Source: the human T2T-CHM13v2.0 reference genome, Homo sapiens
Direction of reading: 5' to 3'
Length of the DNA stretch: 64,000 nucleotides
NCBI GenBank assembly: GCA_009914755.4
Contig: CP086569.2
Span: 480,001-544,000 of the forward strand
Shown here piece after piece: positions 38,700-54,778 of the stretch. The first letter of the stretch is position 1. The number at the start of each line of letters is the position of its first letter. A program made the translations under genes and the position numbers. A model generated the notes under the pieces. It had not been told where the DNA came from. It searched no databases and was given only the letters and a program-made list of their open reading frames with translations.

Positions 38700-39860
38700 T
38701 CTAAGCTTCTGGACTTGATGTAGAAACCGGGTCTTTGCAGATGTCTTTAAGGGAAGGATCTGAAATGAGGTCATCCTGGATTAGGGTGGGTCTTAAATCC
38801 AATAACAGGTGTCCTTGTAAGGGACAGAAGAGGACCATAAATCTAATGACTACGGTCCTCCTAAGAGATGGAAGAGGAGACATAGACACAGGCACAGACA
38901 CAGAGGAGAAGGCCACGTGGAGACGGAGGCAGCGACTGGAGTGATCCGGCCACAAGCCCAGGGACGCCTGGAGCCCCCAGGAGCTGGGAGAGGCAGGAAG
39001 GATCCTCCCCTAGAGCCTCCAGAGGGAACTTCTTATGGTTGAAGTGGATTGAACTATGGTACCCCCCAAAAATATGTTCATATTCTAACCCAAGAACCTG
39101 TGAAAGGAGGTAGAGACTGGAGTGATGGGGCCACAAGCCCAGGGATACCTGGAGCACCCAGAAGCTGGGAGAGGCAGGAAGGACCCTCCCCTAGAGCCTC
39201 CAGAAGGAACTGGATACAACTGAAGTGAAGTGAACCGTGGCCCCCTCAAAAGACCTGTCCATGTATTGATCATCTGGAATCTGTGAATGGGACATTATTT
39301 GGAAATACGGTCTCTGCAGATGTGATTAAGTGGAAGATCTGGAGATGAGATCATCCTAGATTAGGGTGGACCATAAATCTAATGACAGGTGTCCTTCTAA
39401 GAGACAGAAGAGGAGACACAGACACAGAGGAGGAGGCCACGTGGAGACAGAGGCAGAGACTGGAGTGATGCAGCCACAAGCCCAGGGATGCCTGGAGCCC
39501 CCAGGAGCTGGGAGAGGCAGGAAGGATCCTCCCTTAGAGTCTCCAGAGGGAGCACAGCCCTGAGACTCCTTGACCTCAGACTCCTGGTCTCCAGGACTGG
39601 GAGAGGCAGGAAGGACCCTCCCTTAGAGCCTCTGGAGGGAGCATGGCCCTGAGACACCTGGACCTCAGACTTCTGGTCTCTATGGCTGGGAGAGGCAGGA
39701 AGTCTCCTCCTCAAGAGCCTCTGGAGGGAGCATGGCCCTGAGACTCCTTGACCTCAGACTCCTGGTCTCCAGGCCTGGGAGAGGCAGGAAGGACCCTCCC
39801 TTAGAGCCTCTGGAGGGAACATGGTCCTGAGACTCCTTGACCTCAGACTCTTGGTCTCCA
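38700..39860 (+). repeat. Tandemly amplified block of an interspersed-repeat-like (LTR/MER-type) sequence: about three copies of a roughly 300-bp unit (…tctgcagatgt.attaag.gga.gatctg.a.atgag.tcatcctggattagggtgg..c.taaatccaataacaggtgtccttgtaag.gacagaagagga…gacacagacacagaggag.aggccacgtggagac.gaggcag.gactggagtgat…gccacaagcccaggga.cctggagc.cccaggagctgggagaggcaggaaggatcctcccctagagcctccagaggga). These are followed by four copies of an approximately 90-bp sub-unit (ctgggagaggcaggaagg.ccctcccttagagcctctggagggagcatggccctgagac.ccttgacctcagactcctggtctccagg).
   Basis: Direct sequence repetition at about 38700, 39010/39060 and 39300, and at 39470, 39560, 39680 and 39770. I recognise the sequence family as a common human dispersed repeat but cannot name the family with certainty. 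Confidence 0.7.
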
Positions 39861-40744
39861 GGACTTGACGGGGATGAATTCCTGCGGCATGCATCGTCAT
39901 TCCTGGTCCTTTGTTACGGCTGACTCAGGAATCTAAGAAACTGACCTGCGGGGTTTTGCCCATCAGGATGGTGGCTTCTCCGGCTGTGGATTTGTTGCTT
40001 TTCCATCTTCTCTGCGGCTGACACTCTTACGGGGAGTAATGGTGCAGAGAATTTCGGTTGCCTCCCAGAGCTGCAGCCGGAAGACGCAAGGACCAACGAA
40101 AACATTTGCATCGTGGCTCTCTGTGAGGAAGAGTCCTGCTGTGAAAGCATTTTTATTCCGAAAGAGGATCATCTTTGGGAGCAGAACCATGGAAAAGTCT
40201 CTTTCGGCAGCCCACGGAATGATGGGCCGGCCACATTTTGGATACATCTCATGCTTCTTACTGTTTTCAAATGGTTTTGGCTTGAATGGAATTCCAAGCC
40301 CATTTTTTTTTTCCTCTTTCCCAAGTACTTTTTGTTCTTGAGTCTTGCAATCCTATGAATTCCAAGGGAAGCTGAATGTCTATCTTTTTGATACGTGGAC
40401 ACTGTCATCCTGCAAACAAAACCGTAGACGTCTTTGGGGGGGTCGTGAACTTGGCAGTGAAGTTCGAAGGTCTCCAGTGCTTCTCACATCCGAAGTCAGA
40501 GCCCACATTTCTCCGTCAGTTTGTAACCCTGGCAAAAGAAGGTCTTCGGCTTGCTTGTTTTCCTGAAAAACAGGAAGTTTTATTTTGCCAAGAATGAATG
40601 GAATGGGAAGCCAAAGCGTTTGATATGCACAAGGGAAAATGCAGGATTTTTTTGTGTGCAAAGTTTACGTGGGGCTACACACCCTATTTCCTCTTTCCTC
40701 ACAATGATGCCACGAAATTGATTTTATTCCCTGCGGCTACTACA

Positions 40745-41400
40745 TTTACCGTTCAAGTGCTGAATTCCTCCCCTCCCCTGCCCTCCCCACTCCCCTCCCC
40801 TGACCTCCCCCCTCCCCTCCCCTGCCCTCCCCATCCCCTCCCCCTCCCCCTCTACTCCCCCTCCTCCCATCCCATCTCCTTTCCCCCTCCCCCATCCCAT
40901 CCCTCCCGTCCTCCCCTCCCCTCCCCTCTTCCCCTCCCCTCTCCTTCACCCCCTCACATCCCCTCCCCTCCCCTCCTACCCTCCCCTCCTCCCCTCTCCT
41001 TCCCCTTCCCCCCTCCCCTCCTCCCCTTCCCTCTGTTCCTCCCCTCCTCCCCTCCCCTCCTCCCCTCCCCTCCTCCCCTCCCCTCTCCTTTCCCACTCCC
41101 CCCTCCCATCCCCTCCTCCACTCCCCTCCTCCCCTACTCTCCTCCCCTCCTCCCGTCCCCTCCTCCCCTCCCCTCTTCTCTTCCCCTCCCCTCCCCTCCT
41201 CCCTCTCCTCCCCTTTCCCCCTCCCCCTTCCCATCCCCTCCCATCCTCCCCTCCCTCCCATCTTCCCCTCCCCTCCCCTCCTCTCTTCCCCTCCCCTCCC
41301 CTCCCCCACTTCTCACTCTCCTCCCCCCTCCCATCCCCTCCCCTCCTCTTCTCTTCTCTTCTTTTCTCTTCTTTTCTTTTTTTTCTTCTTCTTTTTTTTT
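40745..41400. repeat. About 650-bp C/T-rich low-complexity tract, (CCCCT)n / (CCTCC)n-like. The + strand is almost pure C+T (the - strand is GGGGA-rich).
   Basis: ccctcccctgccctccccactcccctcccctgacctcccccctcccctcccctgccctcc.... It produces the proline/serine- and glycine/arginine-rich pseudo-ORFs 40598..41407 (+) and 40746..41334 (-). Confidence 0.95.
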
Positions 41401-41407
41401 TTTCTAA

Positions 41408-41542
<135 letters not shown>

Positions 41543-41545
41543 TAA

Positions 41546-41835
<290 letters not shown>

Positions 41836-41944
41836 AGCCTAATTAATTAATTTTTTACATTTTACTTTAACTTCTGAGATACATGTGCTAATTAATTAAT
41901 TTTTTAAATTTTACTTTAAAAAAGTCATACTTTACTTAAGTAAA

Positions 41945-42235
41945 AGTAAGTAAATGTGTGTTAACTAAACACATTCTGGGGTACATGTGCACAAAGCGCA
42001 GGTTAGTTACATATGTATACATGTGCCATGGTGGTTTGCTGCTCCTATCAACCCATTATCTAAGTTTTAAGCCCCACATGCACTAGGTATTTGTCCTAAT
42101 GCTCTCCATCCTCTTGCCTTCTATCCCCCCACAGGCCCTGGTGTGTGATGTTCCCCTCCCTGTGTCCATGTGTTCTCACTGTTCAACTCCCACTTACGAG
42201 TGAGAACATGCAGTGTTTGGTTTTCTGAGGATGCG
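41945..42235 (-). mobile_element. L1 3'-terminal fragment (antisense orientation).
   Basis: This is the reverse complement of the L1 3' end: ...ggggtacatgtgcacaaagcgcaggttagttacatatgtatacatgtgccatggtggtttgctgc...ttctcactgttcaactcccacttacgagtgagaacatgcagtgtttggttttctg. Confidence 0.85.
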
Positions 42236-42239
42236 GAAA

Positions 42240-43535
<1,296 letters not shown>

Positions 43536-44001
43536 ACAAATCCCTGTCCGTGTTTGTCTTTTCACCTGTCCTGCAGGGAAAACAAAACATAAAATGTCAA
43601 GGCAAATAGTAGTGATTTCATTCCGGGAAAAAGAAAGTGGATGTTTGCCTTCACCCTTTCTCGTCCTTCCTCTGGTGCTCCTCAGGCCCAGGGAGAGGGT
43701 GGAAAGTCAGAGGAAGAAAGACGGGGCTGGGGGGGGGGGTCCGTGGGGACCCAGGCAGGCATGTTCCCATTTCCTGTCTTCACTTCAAAGAGGGGCCCCT
43801 CGCTCTGGAATGAGGCCTACGGTTTCCTTTCCCGAAGAGTTCCCCTTTGTGAGCTTACGGCTTCGGAGTGAACCTCGGTGCAACCTGTTATTAAAACACA
43901 CAGAGGCTAATGCCAGCAAAAACACGCCCCCCGCTCCTGGTTTCAGAGGGAAGAAAAAAATTCATAAGCACGGCCATGCTTTTCTAATAAAAATTCATTA
44001 A

Positions 44002-44880
<879 letters not shown>

Positions 44881-45699
44881 CTCTTTACCAGACATAAAGT
44901 CTCCTTCCCCTTTCTAAATGTATATATTGTGTTTTTAAAAGTTAACAGCAGGGATCCCACCTCATTCCCCGCTCTCTCCCCAAGACCTGTCCTGCACGTT
45001 GCACACAGCAGGTGTGCCCTGGACATATCCCAAACCCACGCTGAAAGAAAGAGGGTCTCACTACACGTATGATATCTGTGATCCTTTAAACATCTCCGTG
45101 GCTTCCAGGCAACACAGCCATAAATAGGAATCTCATGTCTGACATGATACCGGGACCATGTATGGGAAATTCTGGGTGTGAAGTTCCAGCTACCCCCGCA
45201 GAGGCACCATTGCATACCCTCCAGAAACTCCCCTGCCGTTCAAGCCAAAGACACAACACAAACAGCTCCGAGAGAGGGTGTCATTGAAAATCAATACCAT
45301 CATAAGAGCACACAGCACCGTCTTTCTCTTCTGCCCGTTGATACACAATTATGAGCAATTTGCTAACACTGACAACTCGTGGCAAGAACAGGTCGTGTTG
45401 ATACGGTTGCCTCGTGAGGACCCATCTGTCTTCTGGGGTCTTGCCTGGAACGGAGATCGGAGTTCAGGGTGGCTAATAGAATCATTACTCACCTAGGGAC
45501 ACAGAATATGAGGGTTACCCCCAGTTAAGTGCATACAGTCAAACGGACGGCTGCTCTGGAAGGTACAGTGACGTGAACAGCTTTTATGAAATGCCTAGAT
45601 CTGGACCTTCCATACCTGAGCCACCGTTCCAAAGCACTGGGCGTTTTTCAGATACTTTCATGAGAAATGTTGTCAACACCGCAAGTTTGCAGTACACAG

Positions 45700-45850
45700 T
45701 CTGAAAGATATTCTTGTATATGTAGATGTCTGTAGATGCCCTGAAGGTGTGTAGACTTTAGACACCCAGAAGGTGTGTAGATGTCTGTAGACACCTTCTA
45801 TGTGTGTAGATGTCTGTAGACGCCCTGCAGGTGTGTAGATATATCTAGAT
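45700..45850. repeat. Five-copy tandem repeat with a period of about 31-33 bp (gatgtctgtagatgccctgaaggtgtgtag).
   Basis: tgtagatgtctgtagatgccctgaaggtgtgtagactttagacacccagaaggtgtgtagatgtctgtagacaccttctatgtgtgtagatgtctgtagacgccctgcaggtgtgtagatatatctagatggtctgcctgtgt. Confidence 0.85.
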
Positions 45851-46187
45851 GGTCTGCCTGTGTATGATACAGGCTAAAAAGACATTTGTGGTGGACACTA
45901 GTTGATTATTTAGGACTATGAGATGGGAAAGGAAGAGCAACCAGCAGTGAAAGGCATGTGGTGGGTGGGGGGTTGGCATTGCAGTGGGGTCCTCTGAGCA
46001 GGTGACACCCACTATAGGGCTGCCCTTGGATGGACGCTTTGTGAAGCTGTTTGATTTCACCACACCAAGCCTGGAGGCACGGACATTCCAGGATGGTGAG
46101 GAGTCTGCAAAGGAGGAGATTGGAGGAGGTGCAATATCCCTAGAGTACGAGAGATGAGATAGGAGAGCTGTATAAATAGCACTACCA

Positions 46188-47077
<890 letters not shown>

Positions 47078-47544
47078 CTAGAGGGCTCCTCGTTGCAGTG
47101 TTGGAGTAAGGGTAAAAAATCAGATCCCAGTGAATAAAGGAGCCAGCTGGGGAAGGATCGCAAGTCACCGTCATTGAATTAGGGCCCACCCTCCTCCAGT
47201 ACAACCTCATCTCAACCTCATTACATCTGCAAACACCCTATTTCTCAATAACACCCCATTCACAGGTAGTAAGGGTCCGCAGACATATCTCTTGGGGGGA
47301 TAAAAAATTAACCCACTACCTGCTCTTAGACTATAGTACAGAGGAGACCATCCCTCTCCCAAGAACAGATCACAGGACAGATCTGGTCATAAGTGGCACA
47401 TCTTTCCCTTTTTGCCGTGGCTGCCGGGAAGCCCAGAGCTGAGGTCACCCCTCCACGAAAGTCATTCTCTGAATGGACCTGCCTCAGTCTTGACCTCTGC
47501 TCCTATGGTAGTTAATGATTTCATTTTGTGTGTTTTTTTTTGTT

Positions 47545-47880
47545 TTGTCTTGTTTTGTTTTTTGAGATAGACTTTAGCTCTGTTCCCCCTGCTGGAGTGC
47601 AATGACGCGATCTCACCTCTGTTACCCAGGCTGGAGTGCAGTGGCGCCATCTTGGCTCACGACAACCTCCGCCTCCCAGGTTGAAGTGATTCTCCTGCCT
47701 CAGCCTCCCGAGTAGCTGGGATTACAGGTACCTGTCACCACAGCTGGCTAATTTTTTAATTTTTTATTTTTAGTATAGATGGGGTTTTGCCATGTTGGCC
47801 AGGCTTGTCTTGAACCCCTGACCTCAGGTGATCACCTTTTGCCTCGGCCTCCCAAAGTGCTGAGATGACAGACGTGAGCC
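47545..47880 (-). mobile_element. Antisense Alu with internal irregularities (duplicated ctggagtgca segment).
   Basis: tttttgagatagactttagctctgttccccctgctggagtgcaatgacgcgatctcacctctgttacccaggctggagtgcagtggcgccatcttggctcac...ctcggcctcccaaagtgctgagatgacagacgtgagccactgggccc. Confidence 0.85.
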
Positions 47881-47994
47881 ACTGGGCCCTGCAATTTTAT
47901 GTGTTTTGTTGTAAGCCTTCTCAGGATTTTGGAAAGATGATGATGAATGAATCAAGGAATGAAAGTTTAAAAGGTAGAAACAAAAAGAAAGTAA

Positions 47995-48600
47995 AGGCCA
48001 GGCATGCTGGCTCATGCCTGTCATCCCAGCACGTTGGGAGGCCAAGGCAGGAGGATCACTGGAGGCCAGAATTTAAACAGCAGCCTGGGCAACATAGCGA
48101 CACCACGTCTTTACAAAGGCACAAAAATATTAGCCTGGCACGGTGCATGCATCTGTGGTCCCAGCTACTCAGAAGGCTGAGGTGGGAGGAGGGCGTGAGC
48201 CAGGGAGTCGGAGGCTGCTGTGAGCTCTGATGGCACCGGTGCACTCTAGCCTGAGTCACAGAGCAAGAGCCTAGTTCTTTAAAAAGAAAAAGAAAGAGGA
48301 AAAGAAAGAGAAAGAAAGTAAAAACAAAAAGAGAAAGAAAGAAAGAAAAACGAGAAAGAGAAACAAAAAAATAAGAAGGAAGGAGTAAGGAAGGAAAAAA
48401 GAAAAAGAAAGCAAGAAAGGAACGGAGAGAGAGAGAAAGGAAAGAAAGAAAGAAAGGGAGGGAGGGAACGAAGGGAGGAAGAAAGAAAGAAAGACAAGAA
48501 AGAAAGAAGAAAAACAAAGAAAAAGAAAGAAGGAGAAAGAAAGGAAGGAAGGAGGAAGGAAGGAAGAAAGGAAGGAAGGAATGAAGGGACTGCTCAGGCC
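47995..48600 (+). mobile_element. Sense Alu (47995-48290) whose tail is expanded into an approximately 320-bp purine-only (GAAA/GGAA/GAAAG)n tract (48282-48600).
   Basis: ggccaggcatgctggctcatgcctgtcatcccagcacgttgggaggccaagg...; then aaagaaaaagaaagaggaaaagaaagagaaagaaagtaaaaacaaaaagag...ggaaggaaggaggaaggaaggaagaaaggaaggaaggaatgaagg. Confidence 0.9.
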
Positions 48601-49399
48601 CTGGTGGCAAAAACTGTGTAAGTCCCAGTTCCCTGATCTTGATAAATTGAGCCACCATCAGGGCAAAACACGGGCTCCCCTGCGTCCCTGCCTTCCCCTC
48701 CCTCCTGGACCATTTCTGAGTGTGGCCCCATTTCCTGGCTGTGGATTCCTCCAGGGATATGCTGGGTCCATGTCCCAGCTCTGTAATAGGGCAGCAGCCC
48801 CAGGTTACCACGCCCAGCCCTTTCTTTTTCTTTTTCTTTTCTTTTCTTTTTTTTTTTTGAGAGAGAGCAAGAGCCCTGTTTCCTGAGAGCCCGTGACACA
48901 TGTGGGGAGCTAATCTCCCTCCTGAAAGGAGAGCTGTGTTCCTGCAAGCCTGCCTTCCGAGGTATACCTGGGGAAGGCCATTTGTTATTGTCGGCCCGGT
49001 GAGATGATACCTTCCAAGGGTGGATTTAGAAGGAGAAGGGTGCCCCGGCACGCCTTCTCACAAGCTGCTTTGTTCTGGTGGAGACAGCAGGCGCGTGACC
49101 CCCGGGTAGGGCCCATCCAGCGTCTGGAGGCCTTTTGTCTCTTTATGACGACGTGTGCAGGGAGGGGGCTGGCTCTGCTGCTTCTTGGAGGAGCACAGCC
49201 TGTGTTTCACGAATGAAGCTCACCATAAAAAACATCCAACGAGAGACGAGAATTCGATCCGGTGCTACCTGAGGGCCCCAGAGGTGTGATGACGGCCACT
49301 TTAGGGCCAGGGCCCAGTTCCTTGCTGGGAAACTGAACAGAGAGGCAGATTTTTAAGGTCAGGGTGCAAGGTGGTTTTTATAAAAATGCCAGTGAGGGC

Positions 49400-50639
<1,240 letters not shown>

Positions 50640-50779
50640 TCAGAGAGACCCTCTGGCCACTTCTCCACAGGCAGGCCCGGTCTTGTCTGCACCAGAAAGA
50701 TGGATTTCTCCCTGGAAGTCTGTGCCCATCTGCGTTCCCTCTGCAGGGACATGGGGTACCCAGGAAGAAAAGGACATTC

Positions 50780-51770
50780 AGGCAGCCCCCAACCGTAGAA
50801 CTGCCAGCTCCTGGTTTCAACGTGGAAGGTGTCTGTGAGATGAATCCCTCCTTGTATTGAACCCCAAACCTCTCCTTTCTACCCCCCAACAGTAGAACTG
50901 CCAGCTTTTGGTTCTGATGTGGAGGGTGCCTGCAAGATGAATACCTCCTCGTCTCAAACCCCAAACCTTTCCTTTCTACCCGCCAGAGGCAGAACTCTCA
51001 GCATTTGGTTCCGATGTGGAGGATATCTATGAGATGTTTACCTCCTTGTCTCAAACCCCAAACCTCTCCTTCCTACCCTCCAAAGATAGAACTCTCAGCA
51101 TTTGGTTCTGATGTGGAGAGTGTCTATGACATGTTTACCTCCTTGTCTCAAACCCCAAACCTCTCCTTTCTACTCCCCAAGAGTAGAACTACCAGCTTTT
51201 GGTCCTGACGTGGAGGGTGCCTGCAAGATGCATACCTCCTTGTCTGGAACCCCAAATCTTTCCTTTCTGCCCCCCAACAGTGGAACTTCTCCCAGCATTT
51301 TGTTCCCAGGTGGAGGGTGTCTGGGAGACGTTTACCTCCTTGTCTCAAACCCCAAACCTCTCCTTTCTACCCCCCAACAGTAGAACAACCAGCTTTTGGT
51401 CCTGATGTGGAGGGTGCTTGCAAGATGTATGCCTCCTTGTCTGGAACCCCAAATCTTTCCTTTCTGCCCCCCAACAATGGAACTTCTCCCAGCATTTTGT
51501 TCCCAGGTGGAGGGTGTCTGGGAGATGTATACCTCCTCATCTGAAACCCCAAACCTTCCCTTTCTACCCCCCAACAGTAGAATAACCAGCTTTTGGTCCT
51601 GACGTGGAGGGTGCCTGCAAGATGTATACCTCCTTGTCTGGAACCCCAAATCTTTCCTTTCTGCCCCCCAACTGTAGAACTTCTCCCAGCATTTTGTTCC
51701 GAGGTGGAGGGTGTCTGGGAGACGCGTACCTCCTTGTCTTGAACCCCAAACCTTCCTTTTGTGCCATTTC
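50780..51770. repeat. About 97-bp minisatellite, roughly 10 copies, with alternating sequence variants (higher-order period about 195 bp). The core is ...tacctccttgtctcaaaccccaaacctctcctttctaccccccaacagtagaac..ccagcttttggt.ctgatgtggagggtgcctgcaagatg.a....
   Basis: tacctcct recurs at about 50948, 51041, 51137, 51233, 51334, 51431, 51527, 51627 and 51727. It produces the families of similar 60-90-aa ORFs on both strands (e.g. MVLMWRVSMTCLPPCLKPQTSPFY... / MVLTWRVPARCIPPCLEPQIFPF...). Confidence 0.9.
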
Positions 51771-52140
51771 TGGGACTCTTCCAAGGGGAAATAAGAAAGG
51801 CATCGGTAGAAGATTCTGAAGGCGTGTGTGCATTCACCAGGCTGCTCTGAGACACTCTCAGATTCACGCCGCCTGGCCAGGGGCCCGATTCCTAAAGGTG
51901 AAAGGCCAGGGCATTAGCTGGAACCCGCCACTTCAGAACCATAAACCGAGCGTCTGGCTGCAGAAGGAGCTGTCAAACATGATAAAGACGCCGTTCAACC
52001 GTTTTAAACAGCCGGCCCCCCTCTCCTTGGGTAGACGCCATTGTGGAAGACGGGACGTAAAACACACAACTGTCACTCTGCATTAGAGACTGGAAGGTTT
52101 TTGCTACGCAGTTTTCAAGATCAGCAATTACTGCCTGACA

Positions 52141-53100
52141 GGCACGCGATTGTTTCCAGTTAATATTTCCTGGTTGCTTTCAAAGCACGTGCCGTGGGCA
52201 TGTGTGTGTGTACGCGTGCATGTGTGTGTGTGTCTGTGCCTGTGTGTGTGCACGCATGTGTGTCTCTGTGTGTGTGCACGTGTGTGTCTCTGTGTGTGCA
52301 CACGTGTATGCCTCTGTGTGTGCACGTATGTGTGTGTCTCCGTGTGCGTACGTGTGTGTGCACGTGTTTTGTCTGTGTGTGCATGCGTGTGTCTGTGTGT
52401 GCACGTGTGTGTGTCTGTGTGTGTGCGTGTGTGTGCGCACGTCGGCATGCACGTGTGTGTCTGTGTGTGTGCACATGTATGTCTTCACGTGTGTCTGTGT
52501 GTGCACTTGTATATCTTCACGTGTGTGTCTGCATGTGTGCACGTGTGCGTCTGTGTGTGCACGTCTGCATGCATGTGTGTGCACTTGTATGTCTTCATGT
52601 GTGTGTCTGTGTCTGTGCACGTGTGTGTGTGTGTGTGCGCAGGCTCTCCTTGTTCAACATTCCTGCAGGCACTGGTGTCTTCATGTTTTGCAAAGTGCGG
52701 AGGTGCCTGAGGTATGCGATTGTGTCCAGTTAATATTTCCTGCTTTTAAAGCACGTGCTTGTGGGCATATGTGTGTGTGCATGTGTGTGCGCACATGTGC
52801 GTCTGTGTGTGCACGTCTGCATGCACGTGTGTCTGTGTGTGTGCACATGTATGTCTTCACGTGTGTCTGTGTGTGCACTTGTATGTCTTCACGTGCATGT
52901 CTGCATGTGTGCATGTGTGCGTCTGTGTGTGCACGTCTGCATGCATGTGTCTGTGCACTTGTATGTCTTCGTGTGTGTCTGTGTGTGCACGTGTGTGTCT
53001 GTATGTGCACGTGTGTGTGTGTGTGCAGGCTCTCCTGGTTCAACATTCCTGCAGGCACTGGTGTCTTCATGTCTTGCAAAGTGCGGAGGTGCCTGAGGTA
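52141..53100. repeat. Tandem duplication of an approximately 570-bp unit (52141-52712 and 52712-53100). Each copy contains a long GT/GC-rich complex microsatellite ((GTGTGTGCACGTGTGTCTCT)n-like, 52190-52660 and 52750-53030) and ends with ...gcaggctctcct.gttcaacattcctgcaggcactggtgtcttcatgt.ttgcaaagtgcggaggtgcctgaggta.
   Basis: Both copies start gcgattgt.tccagttaatatttcctg...aaagcacgtgc and share the 3' unique tail. Alternating purine-pyrimidine runs are present (gtgtgtgcacgtgtgtg). Confidence 0.9.
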
Positions 53101-53224
53101 CCTGGAGTCTGCCCAGAACTCAAACACGCACGTACCCAGGGTGGCTTCCGTGGAGAAGCTTTGCAGGGACGGAAACAGCTTCCGGAGATGTCTGGCTTGG
53201 GCTGTGTCCATCAGTGAAGATGCG

Positions 53225-53520
53225 TTGGAGGCTTTTTTTTTTTTTTGAGACGGAGTCTCACTCTGTTGCCCACGTTGGAGTGCAGTGGCGCGACCTCGGC
53301 TCACTGCAACCTCCGCCTCCCGGGTTCACGCCATTCTCCTGCCTCAGCCTCCTGAGTCGTGGGGATTTCAGGCATGCATCACCACGCCCGGCTAATTTTT
53401 GTATATTTAGTAGAGACGGGGTTTCACCGTGTTGGCCAGGCTGGTCTTGAACTCCTGACCTTATGATTCACCCGCCTCAGCCTCCCAAAGTGCTGGGATG
53501 ACAGGCGTGAGCCACCGCGC
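53225..53520 (-). mobile_element. Alu (antisense).
   Basis: ttttttttttttgagacggagtctcactctgttgcccacgttggagtgcagtggcgcgacctcggctcactgcaacctccgcctcccgggttcacgcc...gtgagccaccgcgcccgacc. Confidence 0.95.
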
Positions 53521-54059
53521 CCGACCTACACTGAGAGACTTATAAACAACAGAAATTTGGTTTCACTGTTGCGGAGGCTGGAAATGCCAGATCAAGGCCT
53601 GGCAGGGTCAGCGCCTACTGAGAACCGACCTCCTGTGCTCTCATGTGGTGGAAGGGGCGAGGAAGCTCTCTGGGGTCCCTTTTATAAGGGCACTGATCCC
53701 ATTCATGAGAGGGTCCCACCTCCTAACACCATCTCTCGGGGGTGAGGATTCAATGTGGGAATTTACGGGTCATGCAAACATTCAGTCCACTGCAGGCACG
53801 TTTCTTCCCATGCCGGTGGATGGCAGAGCCGGCTGCACAGTTTGTGGGGTGCAGAACAGAAGAAGGACCTTTTGTTCTAAAAGTGACTCAGGGTTTTAAG
53901 ATGGCAACCTCTTAGCATTCAACGAAGCACAGGGCCCGTCCTGGTGCGATTTCTGTCCAATCATACAGCTTGCACGTCCACGAAGCCAGCCCTGGGTGGG
54001 GGAGACACATATGTGTCTGGATGAAATGTCTCCAATTCATGCCTTCTAGGTAAATTCCA

Positions 54060-54745
54060 GAGGGCTGATGTAGGTACACCAGGCAGAGAGAGAGACTTAG
54101 AGAGAGAGAGAGAGAAAGGGAGAGAGAAAGAGACAGAGAGACAGAGAGAGAAGGAGAGAGAGAGTGAGAGAGAGACAGAGAGAGAAAGAGGCAGACACAG
54201 AAAGAGCAGGAGAGAGAGAAAGGGAAAGAAAGAGAGAAAGAAAGGAAGAGAGAAAAAGAGGGAGAGAAGAGACAGAGAGAAAGACACAGAGAAAGAGAGT
54301 GAGAGAGAGACAGAGAGAGAGATGGAAAGAGAGAGAAAGAGACAGAGAGAATCAGAGACAAAAAGAGAGAGAGGGAGAGAGAGACAGAAAGAGAGAAAGA
54401 AAGAGAGCGGTGATCATGCCACTTATAATAATAAGAAAGAGAGAGAAAGAGCAAGAGAGGTAGAAGGAGAAAGGAAGAGAGAAAGAGGAGAGAAAAGAGA
54501 GAGACAGAGAAAGAGGGAGAGAGAAAGAGAGGGAGAAAGAGAGACAGAGAGTAAGACAGAAAGAGAGAGAGAAAGGGAGAGACAGAGAAAGGGAAAGAGA
54601 GACAGACGCAGAGAGACAGAGACAGAGAGGGAGAAGGAGACAGAAAAAGGGAAAGAGAGAGAGAAAGAAAGAGAGAAGGAGAGAAGAGAGAGAGACAGAA
54701 AGACACACACACAGAAAGAGACAGAGAAAGCAAGAGAGAGAAAGA

Positions 54746-54778
<33 letters not shown>

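Noticed and set aside
40598-41407. 269-aa proline/serine-rich ORF (+) and 187-aa Gly/Arg/Glu-rich ORF (-).
   Set aside because: Translation of the (CCCCT)n C-rich simple repeat, with low complexity on both strands.
50780-51870. Family of similar 60-166-aa ORFs that might suggest a tandem small-protein gene cluster.
   Set aside because: The period of the underlying minisatellite is about 97 bp (not a multiple of 3). ORFs occur on both strands with shifting frames, and there are no splice or promoter signals. This is a repeat artefact.
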